Of a stretch of 64,000 nucleotides of DNA, positions 36,027 to 48,060 are shown in pieces (the first letter of the stretch is position 1; each line of letters opens with the position of its first letter). This stretch comes from Leptogorgia sarmentosa. Its lineage: Eukaryota. The stretch spans positions 3,968,001-4,032,000 of the forward strand of contig OZ210885.1 in NCBI GenBank assembly GCA_964658305.1, in the 5' to 3' direction. The notes under the pieces are model-generated. The model did no database searches, was not told the origin of the DNA, and worked only from the letters and a program-made list of their open reading frames with translations. Position numbers and translations under genes: made by a program.

Positions 36027-37666
36027 TTGTCTTCTCTATCATTTAACACTACTTTGAACATGCCTGACGTTTCTTCGGTTACCCCAATTAATGTAGACAA
36101 TTTAGCTTTACAATTATGTAGTCATCCGGACCGCCATAGAGTGGATTATGTTTTAAATGGTTTACGTAACGGGTTCCGTCTCGGTTTTCACTCGGAATCT
36201 AGAACTCTTAAGTCTGCCAAGGCTAATTGTCCATCTGCCCTCGCTCACCCGTCAGTAATCACGAAATACCTTGCCAAAGAAGTGTCGCTGGGTAGGGTTT
36301 TTGGTCCTACCCCAGAACCAGCATTAGATAACCTACAAATCAGTCGTTTTGGCATCATTCCTAAAAAGGACGGTGGTTGGCGTTTAATTCTCGATTTGCC
36401 CTTTCCGTTTGGGCATAGCGTAAATGATGGTATTAATAAGGAGGAATTTACCCTCACATATAGTAAAGTCTCTGATGCTATTTCACTAATCATAAGAGCC
36501 GGACGCGGTGCCTTACTGGGTAAAGTGGATATTCAAAGTGCTTATCGCATTATTCCAGTGCATCCTTCCGACCGTCATTTATTGGGAATGTTTTGGCAAG
36601 GTGGTTACTATATTGTTTTAACTTTCCCCTTTGGCTTGCGTTCCGCGCCCGGAATTTTTAATAGCGTGGCCGATTTATTCCACTGGTGTTTAGTTCATAA
36701 TTGGGACGTACTGGATCTACTGCACTAGGACCTCCTAACTCTGATGTCTGTGCGTTGCGTCTCAAAGCGATTGACCAGGCGGCGACTGATATTGGTATAC
36801 CCTTGTCCCCGGACAAATGCGTGGGCCCCACCACTAGCTTGGTTTTTCTAGGGATTGGGTTAGATTCAGTTAAGATGACTGCTCGACTACCAACCGATAA
36901 ACAGACTGAGCTCATTGTCCTCCTCCATGAATGGGCCAACAAACGTTGGTGCAGATTAAAGGAACTGCAATCGCTAGTTGGCAAATTAGGCCATGCATGT
37001 GCAGTCGTCCCGCAGGGGCGTAACTTTTTGCGCCGTCTCCTCGACCTACTGAAAGGTCATTCCAGCAAACATTCTCGGTTTATACGCTTGAATAAGGAGT
37101 GTAAACTGGATATCGAGTGGTGGCGGTCTTTCTTGCCTGCGTGGGACGGAGTTTACTTTTTCGATTTACCAGAATGGGCCCCAGTCCCTGATCTTTTCAT
37201 CTCCACTGATGCTTCAGGCAGCGATGGGTATGGCGCATTTTATTCCGGGGAATGGTTCAACGGCGCGTGGTCTGCCGCCCAGCGTCCATTGAGTATTGCT
37301 TATAAGGAGCTATTCCCCATAGTACTTGCATGTAATGTCTGGGGGAATACCTGGCGCAATCGCCGTATCCAGTTTTATTGTGACAACCAAAGTGTCGTAG
37401 CCATCCTGTCATCGGGCACGTCGAAAGACAGCCGCCTCATGCAGTTATCAAGAGAGTTATTTCTGTGTGCAGCCCGCTTTAATTTTAAAGTCACAGCACA
37501 ACACGTACCGGGCAAAGAGAATGGGATAGCTGATTCCCTGTCTCGTTTTAACCTGCAGGCGTTTCGTCAGCTGGCTCCACAGGCCCGTCCACACCCGGTG
37601 CAGATCCCGGTGCCTTTGCTCGCCCGTCTGAACTCCGAGAACTCCAACAGCAGGCAAGAACTTTAA
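36027..37666 (+). pseudogene. Ngaro RT/RNase H; catalytic YxDD region deleted, causing a frameshift at about 36725
   Basis: SRFGIIPKK..WRLILDL..KVDIQSAYR..FPFGLRSAP..DLLH, then directly ALGPP; RNaseH TDASG..KELFPI..CDNQSVV..NGIADSLSR. Confidence 0.9.
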
Positions 37667-38601
37667 TGTTTTAAGGCATTGCTAGTACCACCCGGCGAAC
37701 GTACGACTCGGCGCAACGTAGGTTTCTCGAGTTCTGTCGCTGGAGCCAGAGTCTGAATGCAAACGGTTCTCCCTTGCCTGCTTCCGAATGGACATTAATG
37801 CTGTTTGTCACGCATCTGTCCTGAACTATCAAAGCGTCTTCGATTAAGGTCTACTTAGCTGGCATACGCTCGCTCCATATCGAAAATGGTTTCGCAAACC
37901 TGTTTGCGAACTGTCTGAGGCTGGAAAGGGTTCTGCGGGGTGTCAAACGCGCCCAGGGTGTTTCGAAGAGCGAACGGCTACCTGTTACTTTTGCGGTGCT
38001 GTCCCGTATCCATGCAGTGTTGAATTTCGCGTGCTATGACGATGCGTTATTCTGGGCAGCCTGTTGTACCGGTTTTTTCGGGTTTCTACGCTCAGGAGAG
38101 TTTACTACACCGACCTCGAAATTTGACTCGCGGATCCACCTTTCCGTGGCTGATATCCACTTTGACAAGCGTCTGGACCCGAAAATTATTTTTCTTCGCA
38201 TCAAATGCTCAAAAACCGACCCGTTTCGCCAGGGGCACACCATTCGTCTTGGAGTGTCAGGCAACGAAATTTGTGCTGTTAGGGCTCTCCTGCGCTACCT
38301 TCATTTGCGTGGGGGAGGCGCCGGACCGCTGTTTCGCCACACGAATGGATCGCCACTGACGAGTACCTCACTGACAACCTGGCTCAGAACTGCGGTTTCC
38401 CGTGCTGGTCTAAAAGGGAACTTTTCAGGTCATAGCTTCCGCATTGGGGCGGCCACGTCTGCAGCAGCAGCGGGTGTTCCCGACCATCTGATTAAGACGT
38501 TAGGGAGGTGGTTGAGCAACGCCTACCAACTGTATATACAAACACCACATCATATTTTAGAAGCCGTGCCTGCGCGCTTAGTTAGCAATAATGTAACATA
38601 A
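37600..38601 (+). pseudogene. Ngaro tyrosine recombinase; catalytic domain intact, stops in the N-terminal part
   Basis: LRSGE, KCSKTD, HSFRIGAAT, LGRW.S.AY..Y. Confidence 0.9.
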
Positions 38602-38684
38602 TTGTCGGTATTAAATTGTCTGGGGGTTTTTTCCTGTGTTCATGGCTAGTGCTTGCGCGGGCGCTGTGGCTTACCAAGTGGATC

Positions 38685-39130
38685 GGGTCCCTTCACTAAT
38701 TCTACTTATGGCGACGCAGCGTAGCAGTTGGGTCGGGTCCCTCTGCTAATTTCAATTATGGCGATATAGCTTAGCAATTGGGTCTGGCCCCTTCCACTAA
38801 TTTCAATTATGGCGATGTAGCTTAGCAATTGGGTCTGGTCCCTGTGCTAATTTCACTTATGGCGAAATAGCTTAGCAATTGGGTCTGGTCCCCTTTTGCT
38901 AATTTCAATTATGGCGATGTAGCTTAGCAATTGGGTCTGGCCCCCTTTGCTAATTTCAATTATGGCGATGTAGCTTAGCAATTGGGTCTGGTCCCTTTTG
39001 CTAATTTCACTTATGGCGATATAGCTTAGCAATTGGGTCTGGCCCCTTTCGCTAATTTCAATTATGGCGATGTAGCTTAGCAGTTGGGTCTGGTCCCTGT
39101 GCTAATTTCACTTATGGCGAAATAGCTGAG
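38685..39130 (+). repeat. Tandem array of about nine 50-52 bp units in the Ngaro 3' region
   Basis: Unit GGGTCTGGTCCC..GCTAATTTCA(A/C)TTATGGCGA.(G/A)TAGCTTAGCAATT at 38730, 38780, 38831, 38881, 38933, 38984, 39035, 39086 plus a partial first copy. Confidence 0.95.
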
Positions 39131-39594
39131 CATGCACAGGGGTCTAGTAACGGAGCACCAGCAGACGGCAGCAACCTAGCACGGGATTAATCCGACCCGT
39201 GTGGATGTGTGTGGAATCTAGTTCCGGATGTTAGTTACTTGGAGTGGTGAAATTTCAGGAAAATATCACTCTGGTGGTCAGGTCCTTGCCAGACATGCTC
39301 ACGTGATTCGGACCTGAATCCAAGTAACTGGGATCCCTAGACCAATAGCCTGACCACGTCTACACCTAACCATCCACACGGGTAAGTATGGTGACGACAG
39401 ATATTAAATGGGGTTACGTAGTAACCAAGGTTAATATCATAGGAACCGCGCGCAGCCTGGGTACAGCTTAGCCACAAAGCCGGAATATAGAGAGTGACAA
39501 GCTGGTTCGTATGTCATTCGCTAACAGATAGCTAACTGCAGAAGGTCTGTATATACATAAGAGTAGAGAATTTCCAAAAAATAAAGACCATTTT

Positions 39595-41100
39595 GTGCCC
39601 CTGATGATTGTTGCCAAAGAAGAATCGCCAGTGTTTTCCCTCCCTCTACTTTTTAAGGAGAAAAAAAGATTGTTGCTTAGTAATCAGCCAGCAATTCCAC
39701 TCAATCCATCTTCTCAAGTTTCTTCTGATAAACCATCACCTCAGGCTTTGTCACTTACAGAATCACCTCAACTCATTTCTTTCACATCAGCACATCACGG
39801 AAAGAAGCGCAAACAGCTTACCCTTGCTAACTATGCAGTAAAGGCACCAAGACCATCTTGCGAGTCCGCCGTTCCCCCTGAAGTGGAACCATGTTCTGTT
39901 GGTCGTTTGTCAGATGCCAATAAGGATAGTACAGCTACAACTGACCCATTGCAGCTATTAGATAATATGGATGATATTGGTCACCTTCTTCCTCATGTCA
40001 GGCAGCTGAGTACTGAAGAGAACACTTGGCTCACAAATCCTCCAAGACCAAATCCAAATTATTGTTACCCTGTTGACTTGACTAAACGAAGATTCCTACA
40101 TAAATGGTTTGATGAATTTCCCTGGCTAGGCTACTCAAAAAGTCTCAATGGTGCCTTTTGTATCTATTGTATCCTATTTTCGCACAGGGAAGAAAGCACA
40201 CATAACGCTTCCAAATTGCAACAGCTTTACTCCTTGCCATTTTGCAACTGGGCCAATGCCCCCCGCAAATTTCGTGACCATTGTTCGAAATCTCCTCACC
40301 ATCTCAGAGCCGCTGCAGCTATAGCACATTTTCGTCTGCAAGTTGCTAACAAAACTAAACCAGTTGATGTTCAATTGAATATGATTGTTGACGACCAAAT
40401 TAAAAGAAATAGAGAGAAGCTCATTCCGATAATTGTTGTGATTATTTTGTGCGGTCGACAAAATATTGCCCTGCGAGGCCATAGGGATGATTCGCAACAC
40501 TATGACGACAGTGGCATTAATCCTGGTAATCTTCAAGAAATCCTGAAGTTTTTAGCGACATACGGGAACAATACCATTTTTGAAGAACATATGGCCAGTG
40601 CACCGAAATCCACAAACATATCGATCGAAGACGACACAGAATGAGATTTTGGCTATTTGTGGAGGAATGATTATATCGAAATTATAAGAAGAAATAAACA
40701 AGTCTAAATACTTCTCTACTCTTGCAGATGAAGCTGCCGATATTGCTAATTTGGAACAGATGCCATTAGTGATTCGCTATGTGAACAGCAAGTCAGAAAT
40801 CTGCGAGGTTTTCACAGGGTTCATTGAGTGCGATGAAGGTGTTTCAGGTCAAGCTATTGCTGACAAAATTTTGCTTGGTGTGCAAAATGTCTCTTTGGAT
40901 ATGAGCCGCTGTCGTGGTCAAGGGTATGATGGTGCCGGTAACATGGCTGGAAAGAGTTCAGGAGCTGCAACACGAATTACAGCAATATGTTTCCCAAAGC
41001 TCCATATGTCCATTGCGGATCGCACATATTGAATTTGTCCATCGCATCTGCCTGCCTCATTCAGCCAGTAAGGAACATGATGGGTGTCATGTTAAAATGG
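39595..41100 (+). pseudogene. hAT transposase (P52rIPK/THAP12-like), 3' part deleted
   Basis: RRFLHKWFDEFPWLGYSKSLNGAFCIYC; GRQNIALRGHRDD..NPGN; LADEAADI.N.EQMPLVIRYV; CRGQGYDGAGNMAG. Confidence 0.9.
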
Positions 41101-41471
41101 TCTCGTAAACAGTCCAAAACGCTTTGCTCTCTTGGAAAAACAAATTAAATTCAATGCTCAGAATGCGGGAAATGGCATTTCCAGGGTTCAAATTTCAAAA
41201 AGACCCCCGAGACCCCCCTAAATAAGGCTGTATCCTGACCCGCCATCGTCAGATTTTATGCTGGATCCGCCCCTGTGGCTCCTGTTGTTGCACAGAAATT
41301 TACACACAGATTCTGCTCACGCAAACATGTTAAAACAAAAAACCAGTTTAACTTGTTGTCTTGACAGAGACTATAAAAGATCTAACTAATGAGATCTTTC
41401 TCTTACATCGTCTCTGGCTTGCAACACTCACGAGGCGAAATGTTAGTACAAGTCTACAAATACAGTTAGAA

Positions 41472-44400
41472 ATGGAGAGCCAAATCGAAGTTCGTTGTCA
41501 GCGTCTTGTAGAAAAAGCTACAAGAAGCAATGCCAAATCGGTTCGCCGTGAAATACAGCGCGAAGTGAAAAACCGAAACCCCGATATGCGGAAAATTTTA
41601 AACTGGCAGAAGAGATCTGCAAGACACGATAATAAGGGTCTTTGCTACATGAACTCCTTCGATGCGCTACGCAAGAAAAACCACGAGGAGACCAAGATTT
41701 TGTTTAACATTGAAAAGGTATGTTTTTCTTGTTTTTATTTTAATTGTACATTATTATGTGAATTACCTATCGCTATAGCTATAAAAATTGATTGTTGTAA
41801 TACAATATAATTTTATGTGTTAAGGTTTCGGAGCGTTTCGTGGAGAAATTTGATGCAACTTCATGTGTATTTCGAGCGTCAATGAACGATTCAACACATG
41901 AGAACATGAACAATATTAAAATAAGGAACATTATGAATGAATTGTCGACGCTTTTTACGGATGCTATAGAGCAGGTAAATATCGTTTTGTTTCATGAATC
42001 GAGGCTTGCTTTATCCTAAATAAATACACTTTTAATGTATGTGGAAAAATCTCAAATTACATGATGATGATCATGTATGTTTTAATGTGTATCTTTTCTG
42101 TTTAAGGTGAAGAAACAGTGTGAATTTCGTTCACCTCTTGAAGACAAGATTCGGGTCATGGTTCACTCTAGTGCTCTGAAAGCATCCATTAGCACTCGAC
42201 TTCTCCCTTCCATTCAGATGACATTGAACAAAGTCCTTGGTGAAATAACTAAAGTTCTTCAAAGTAATGAAGAGATACCTCTAGATCAATCCTTCGCTGT
42301 CGACATCATTGGAGTTAAAGCACCGACCGGGTCTGGAGCTCTCAAGGTACTGGATTATGCCAAAGACACTCGTCTTAAAAAATCTATATTACTATAAAAA
42401 ATAAGGACAATCTTTGTTGTGGGCGGGCTTTAGCTGTTGGTAAGGCATTAGCAGACAGTCACCCTAAGGTTAAACAATTTAAGGATGGTCAACTTATACA
42501 GAAAAAAGTAGCTTTAGAATCATAGAAATGAGCCAATATCTTGCCTGGTCCTTGTGGTCTTGGCGAAATAAGTAAATTTCGGGGGACCCTACCTGGTTAT
42601 CAGATAATAGTGATTGATTTTAAAGCACATAATACTAGTATTTATGAAGGCCCACGGGGAAATAAAAAGATTGTACCATATAAGAACGGAGATCATTACA
42701 ATGTTATGAATCCTACGAAACTGCCTGCTTTCCATGGAAAACGTTTTTTTTGTGAAAAATGTAAGTCTTTTTTCGACGACGACGTTTCAAAATTTGTCGT
42801 TCCACTCAATGTTTTGATCAGCACAAAAAAACTTGCAAATCAAAGGGAGTTGATCTTCCTTCGAAATGCGAGTTATCGTTTAAATGCCAAGCCTGTTCAA
42901 CGAAAACGACTAAACGAACATAGATGTGGTGAACATGTATGTCATGTATGTAAAGTGCATGTGTTGTCTGGTCATTGGTGTTACATGCAACCTGAACCTC
43001 CTAAAAAACCAAACGACCTACTTATTTTGTATGACTTTGAGACAGACTTTTCTTCTGGTGAACATGTTGTTAATTTTGCTGTTGCTCAATATGCTGATGG
43101 CATGGAGTTTCTGTTTAAAGTATACTGTGCACTGCATGAATTTTGTGATTTTGTATTTTCTATGAAACACAAAGGGGTATTGTTTAATCACTCATAATGC
43201 CAGGGGATTTGACGCAGTTTTAGTTCAACGTTGGCTATTTCAAAACAGACCAACTGCGGATATGCATGTCATTCATTCTGGGCAAAAAATAATGCAACTA
43301 ACTTATAAAAGATTATAAAATTTGTCTTATTGACTCACTCAGTTTTTTGCAAATGCCTCTTTCAAAATTTCCGAACACATTTGGTTTGGACGAAAAAAAG
43401 TTTTCCAAAGGGGACTTTCCTTTTAAATTTAACACTGTTGAAAATCAAAATTACGTCGGGCCTATGCCGAGCATCGAATTTTATAGTCCGGATACAAAAT
43501 CAGAAAGCGATCATGATAAGCTTGTAGTTTGGCATGAAAATTTAACGAAAAACAGTTATGTTTTTGATTTTCAAAAAGAAATGCAAAGATATTGTTCACA
43601 GGATGTTACTATTTTAAGACTTTGTTGCATTGATTTTTCGGAAAACGTTTCTTAGTGAGACAGGTGTGGATCCTTTTTGCTATTGCACGATTGCTGCTGT
43701 AATGAGTGTTTACCGTTCCAAGTGTCTGAAGGAAAAAACAATTGGTATTATCTCTAAGAATTTATATCGCAAAGGTAATAAACCTTATTCGAAATCTTCA
43801 ATTGAATGGCTCAAATTTATATCATTTCAAACAAATTCGAAAATTTTACATGCAGTTCACGGTGGTGAGAAGGTGCTTGTTGATAAGGAACTGGGCAAGA
43901 CTTATCATGTGGATGGTTTTATGTGAGGAGACGGGTACTGTGTATGAGTTTTACGGTTGTGTATATTTATTTATGTTAATTATGTTTTGATGGAACAAAC
44001 GACCATCCATTTCACAGTGAACAAAAAATGTGTGATGTGTACGAGGAGACAGTTAGGCGTGAGGAACGGTTGAGGGCTCTTGGTTTCACGGTGAAAACAA
44101 TTTGGGAACATGACTATAGGAAACTTAGAGAAACTGACAAAATGAAACTTTTTCTGGACACGTTTGACATTATTACCGACCTAGACCCTCGTGACAGTTT
44201 CTTTGGTGGAAGTGTCGGTGGGTATAAACTATTTCGTGAGGTAAAATCTGACGAAACAATTCGGTACGTCGATTATACGAGCCTCTATCCTTATCTGAAT
44301 AAGGTGAAAGTTTATCCAGTTGGTCATGCAACGGTTATCCGTGAAAATTTTCAACCTCTTTCAAATTATTTTGGCCTGATAAAATGCAGAATTTTGGCAC

Positions 44401-44605
44401 CGGCAAAATTATATCATTTGGTTCTTCCTGTTCGCGCAAAAGGTAAACTTTTCTTTCCTTTGTGCAAGCAATGTGTCATGGATAACTCTCCAGAATGCCG
44501 GAACAATCGAAGTTCAAAAAGCTATCGAAAAAGGGTATCGTGTGCTTCAAATTCACGAAGTGTGGCACTTCGAGAATACATCAACCGATTTATTCAGTGA
44601 ATTTA
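41472..44605 (+). pseudogene. Polinton pPolB (OTU-like N-terminus, exonuclease, Vsr-like insert, partial palm) with two introns; 3' truncated
   Basis: Phase-0 GT-AG introns 41718-41824 and 41975-42106 splice in frame. KNKDNLC..RAL/DHYN; YDFET; HNARGFD; KGDFPF; YCSQDV; LDPRDSFFGG; YVDYTSLYP. Confidence 0.92.
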
Positions 44606-44614
44606 TACTACACT

Positions 44615-44830
44615 TGTAGCGCTACATCACCATGTCATGACCTTTGTGTAGCGCTACATCATTCAACACATTGTTAGTTTTGTAGTGCTACATCCGACAT
44701 CGCTAGCATGCATGTAGTGACCTTTGTGTAGCGCTACATCATTAAACACACGTTGTTAGTTTTGTAGCGCTACACTTCCTCTATAATATGCATGTAGTGC
44801 TACATTTTTCTATGCAGTTGTAGCGTTACC
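44615..44830. repeat. Cluster of 12-bp palindromes TGTAGCGCTACA upstream of a TATA box
   Basis: About 7-8 perfect or variant copies; GGGTATAAAAATCCC at about 44832, about 40 bp before ATG 44873. Confidence 0.85.
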
Positions 44831-44872
44831 TGGGTATAAAAATCCCACGAAACTAAGCATTGTCAATTCAAA

Positions 44873-45427
44873 ATGTCTCGGCATCTCACTGACGTTATTG
44901 CAATCATTGATATGGACGGATTTTTTGTAAACAAAAAATTTTTCTGTAGAGAATTAGGCGTGCTAAAAGTTGGAAACGCTGCAGCTGAATACTTCTTCTT
45001 CGATTTTGGTCTTCGTTGGGGCGAACTATCACCCATAGACCAAAAAGCGTGTTGTTATGTACAAAAGTACATACACAAATTACCTTTTGGTGTCCCAACC
45101 GGAGTAGATGCTCTTGCTCTTTCCACCTTTCCTAAATTAATTTCTGAACTACGTCAAAACTCAAACTCAAAGTCTGTTATCGCATATAAAGGAGGACATA
45201 TCGAAAGGCATTTGCTAGCTGGTCTCAACATCCCTGCGATCAATTTGGAAGATTTTGGTTGTCCAAAGGCTGAAAAGTTAATGGATGAATTGGTATGGTT
45301 GGAAACGTGTGGGAAGCATTTGACAGCCAACGCATATCAACATTGTCCCAAAGTGGAAACGCATATCAACATTGTCCCAATTTGGACTATGGCTGGAAAA
45401 GCAGAAGTGAAACACAATCGAGGATGA
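44873..45427 (+). CDS. Polinton-borne DnaQ/DEDD-fold, Maelstrom-like nuclease
   Basis: IIDMDGF..RELG..IHKLP..AYKGG..E...NLEDFGCP..CGKH..HC. A 22-bp duplication (45330/45359) disturbs the C-terminus. Confidence 0.6.
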   Translation: MSRHLTDVIAIIDMDGFFVNKKFFCRELGVLKVGNAAAEYFFFDFGLRWGELSPIDQKACCYVQKYIHKLPFGVPTGVDALALSTFPKLISELRQNSNSKSVIAYKGGHIERHLLAGLNIPAINLEDFGCPKAEKLMDELVWLETCGKHLTANAYQHCPKVETHINIVPIWTMAGKAEVKHNRG

Positions 45428-45579
45428 GGTTGGTTGCTATGTCTCCACGCAACTATGGCTTTTTCATATAAGTAACTTTCGTCTGCAGAACAGAAAAATT
45501 GACAGCTTGGATTTTGATGGCAAAACTTGATTGCAAGAGTTGTAACGAACTCGCGTACCTAATCAATTCAAATATATCC

Positions 45580-45750
45580 CCGTATACTAATTACTTCCCA
45601 AATGGTACACTACATTCCATCCGGATACATTGCATACTAATTACTTCCGGCGCTATAGAGGCACTGCATACTAATTACTTCTGCCACTATCTTGGACACA
45701 CCTCCGCATACCAATCACTTCCGCTGCCACATAGGCGGGGCAATACTACT
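45580..45750 (+). repeat. Polinton right terminal region
   Basis: Ends ...GGCGGGGCAATACTACT at 45750, i.e. 5'-AGTAGT on the opposite strand, the canonical Polinton terminus; subterminal ATACTAATTACTTCC repeats. Confidence 0.75.
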
Positions 45751-46061
45751 AGGGCATTAGCATATATTTGGGCAAAACAGAGTCCAATATCTTGAAATCC
45801 ATGTCCTTATTTCTCCTTGAAGCTGCATAGTCATGAAACCTGTGTTATGTTCTTTTTATTTTGCATATTTCATGTTATTTGCACTAATAATAACATTTCT
45901 ACAAGCTTTTTGGTAATTGTCGGAAATTTCCGCATGTGCAGGGCATTTTACTAAAACAGGATAAATTAGGTTGTGCAATAGTCTGAAACGTGTGGAAAAC
46001 ATGCCATACCGGGTAATCAGACCTGTAGAATTGACTTCGGCTATTACTATAAAAGAGAATA

Positions 46062-46170
46062 GGGAATCGGGGAAAGGAATCGAGGAATACTAAAACCCGG
46101 AATCTCTAAAACAAGGAATACTAAAATCCGGAATCTCTAAAACCTGGAATATAAAAAACCGGAATCTCTA
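46062..46170. repeat. Short GGAAT(A/C)...TAAAA tandem repeats, probably a DNA-transposon subterminus
   Basis: GGAATACTAAAAC(C)CGGAATCTCTAAAAC repeated about three times. Confidence 0.6.
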
Positions 46171-48060
46171 ATCCATGTAAAACATGGACTCGTAAAATTC
46201 AGAATTTAGTGATTTCCGTATTTGCGATACACTATACTAACTAGGAATCCAGGGATAGTGCAAAGTTTTTACGAAGATATCGAGCTAAAGCTGATGTCAC
46301 TTGGCGGCCTGTTGTGATCCGAATTGCCATTAAAAATCATTCCATGTAACATCAGCTCAAAGAAAAGCTTGATGTAGTATAATAAAATAATTTAAAAGAT
46401 TTTATAGCCAAAAAAGGAAATCCGCACATTCAAACTTCGCGTGCTCGACATTAATTTGTTGAATCTCTGACCTCTGACCCTCACGTTATAATAATAAAAC
46501 GGAGTGTAACAACGAACGGGCGATTATGCAGTACTCAACAAATGTACAGCCTATAGGCTACCTCGGCGTAGTAATAGAAATTCAGTCAAGCTTATAATAC
46601 TGAAGCTGTCGACTATTTTCTATCAGTATGATCATGAATCACGTCGTCTATTTAGTCGACTAAAATATATTACAAGGCAAAAGCGAGCAACTGGCTGAAT
46701 TTGATTGTAGTAAATTATTCTTTTACACTGGGAGTACATGAATGGGAATATTTCCATAACCGCTAGGCCGCGACTATGGCGAGAACAAATGGAAACAAAC
46801 ACGTTCAAATAAATGCATGAAGCGAATATATCGACCATTATATATCAATCGTATGAACTAAATAAGATTTAAAATTATGGTTTTCTTGTTGCGACGAGTT
46901 TACTGTGTTACTGCATCAAGTGTACCCTCAAGGCAAAGACGGAAAACTAAAAAATGTATGCAGATTTATAATATCCACGGCAGCAGTTGATAGTATGGGG
47001 TATGGCTATTTTTGTTCATGACAACCCATACTTGTTTGCTAGATTCATCGCAGATATTCAAATAACATTTTAACTGCTTTGGCAACATGCTCAAACATTG
47101 TTGAAACTTGGCCACATTACTGATTCAATGTCGCACTCCTTAGCGTCCGCCATATTGTATTACACAGATATTTCATCCCACGAACATGTGCTGAGTTGCA
47201 ATTTTCGCAAAAATCCAAATTGCGCAGGGGCTTTGCCGCATTGTGTACTATGACTTTACATTACTTCCCTAGCTAAATTTCTTATCCATACGAATAGCTG
47301 CAAACAATGATGAACAATAGTATAACGTTACAATTGGATAATTTTTGCTTAAAAATTGAAAGAACATCGGTACACTACCGAGTTTCGCACATCAACAGAA
47401 ATCGGGACGCTCCCCCCGGAGTTTACACTATGACTGAATGACTCGATGACTGGTGTGAATTTTCCCCACTCATCACAATACTTTGAAACGTTTCTTTGAA
47501 ACTTTGCACTAAAAACGGTTGTAAAAGCCGCCGGTTGACACTATCACAGTTTCTTTGTTTGGTCCATGGGTTGACTTTGTAGAGTAAACACCTCCAACAA
47601 CCTACAGCGTGAAGAGTCTACACATCATGAAACACCAAGTCGACTACAAATCAGCTCTCAAGCTTCATTCCCGCTTACAGCTGCATTTACCCCTTGGGAA
47701 CCAGTGCCAAGAACAACAACTCGGAGTATCTGCGGCAATGTGGCCTCTCAACGAAATATGTCACTTTCACAGCCGAGCTTCTGCTATTCAAGCCCATTTG
47801 ATTCTTAAGCTCCAACACCCACATGGACTGCGACACATCCAACACTACCACTCTGCTTTTCAACGACCACCTTAAGCTACGTCATCACAGCAACGTCATG
47901 CCAGCACATCGCATTTGGCGACATTCAGCGGTCCTCGCTTATCCAGTGTTTCACAACCTTGTGCATCTGTTCCCGTGATGCATTTATCGTCAGGACATCT
48001 TGTCTCAACATCTCCAATAAATTCAATTTAAAGTGGGTTTTGGGAACAAAGGTTTCCAAA

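Larger units (their letters stand above)
34733..39570 (+). mobile_element. Near full-length Ngaro-type YR retrotransposon (A1-gag-RT/RH-YR-array-B-A2)
   Basis: 165-bp direct repeats 34733-34897 and 39406-39570 (one mismatch seen) enclose gag, RT/RNaseH and YR ORFs. Confidence 0.92.
34502..41275 (+). mobile_element. hAT transposon with 5-bp TSD (hAT5-like), hosting the Ngaro element
   Basis: TIRs CAGGGGCGGAATCCAG / CTGGATCCGCCCCTG; TGGCT duplicated (34497-34501 and 41276-41280). Confidence 0.85.

Noticed and set aside
38685..39130. CRISPR-like array
   Set aside because: Units are contiguous near-identical repeats with no unique spacers, there are no cas genes, and the array lies inside a eukaryotic retrotransposon.
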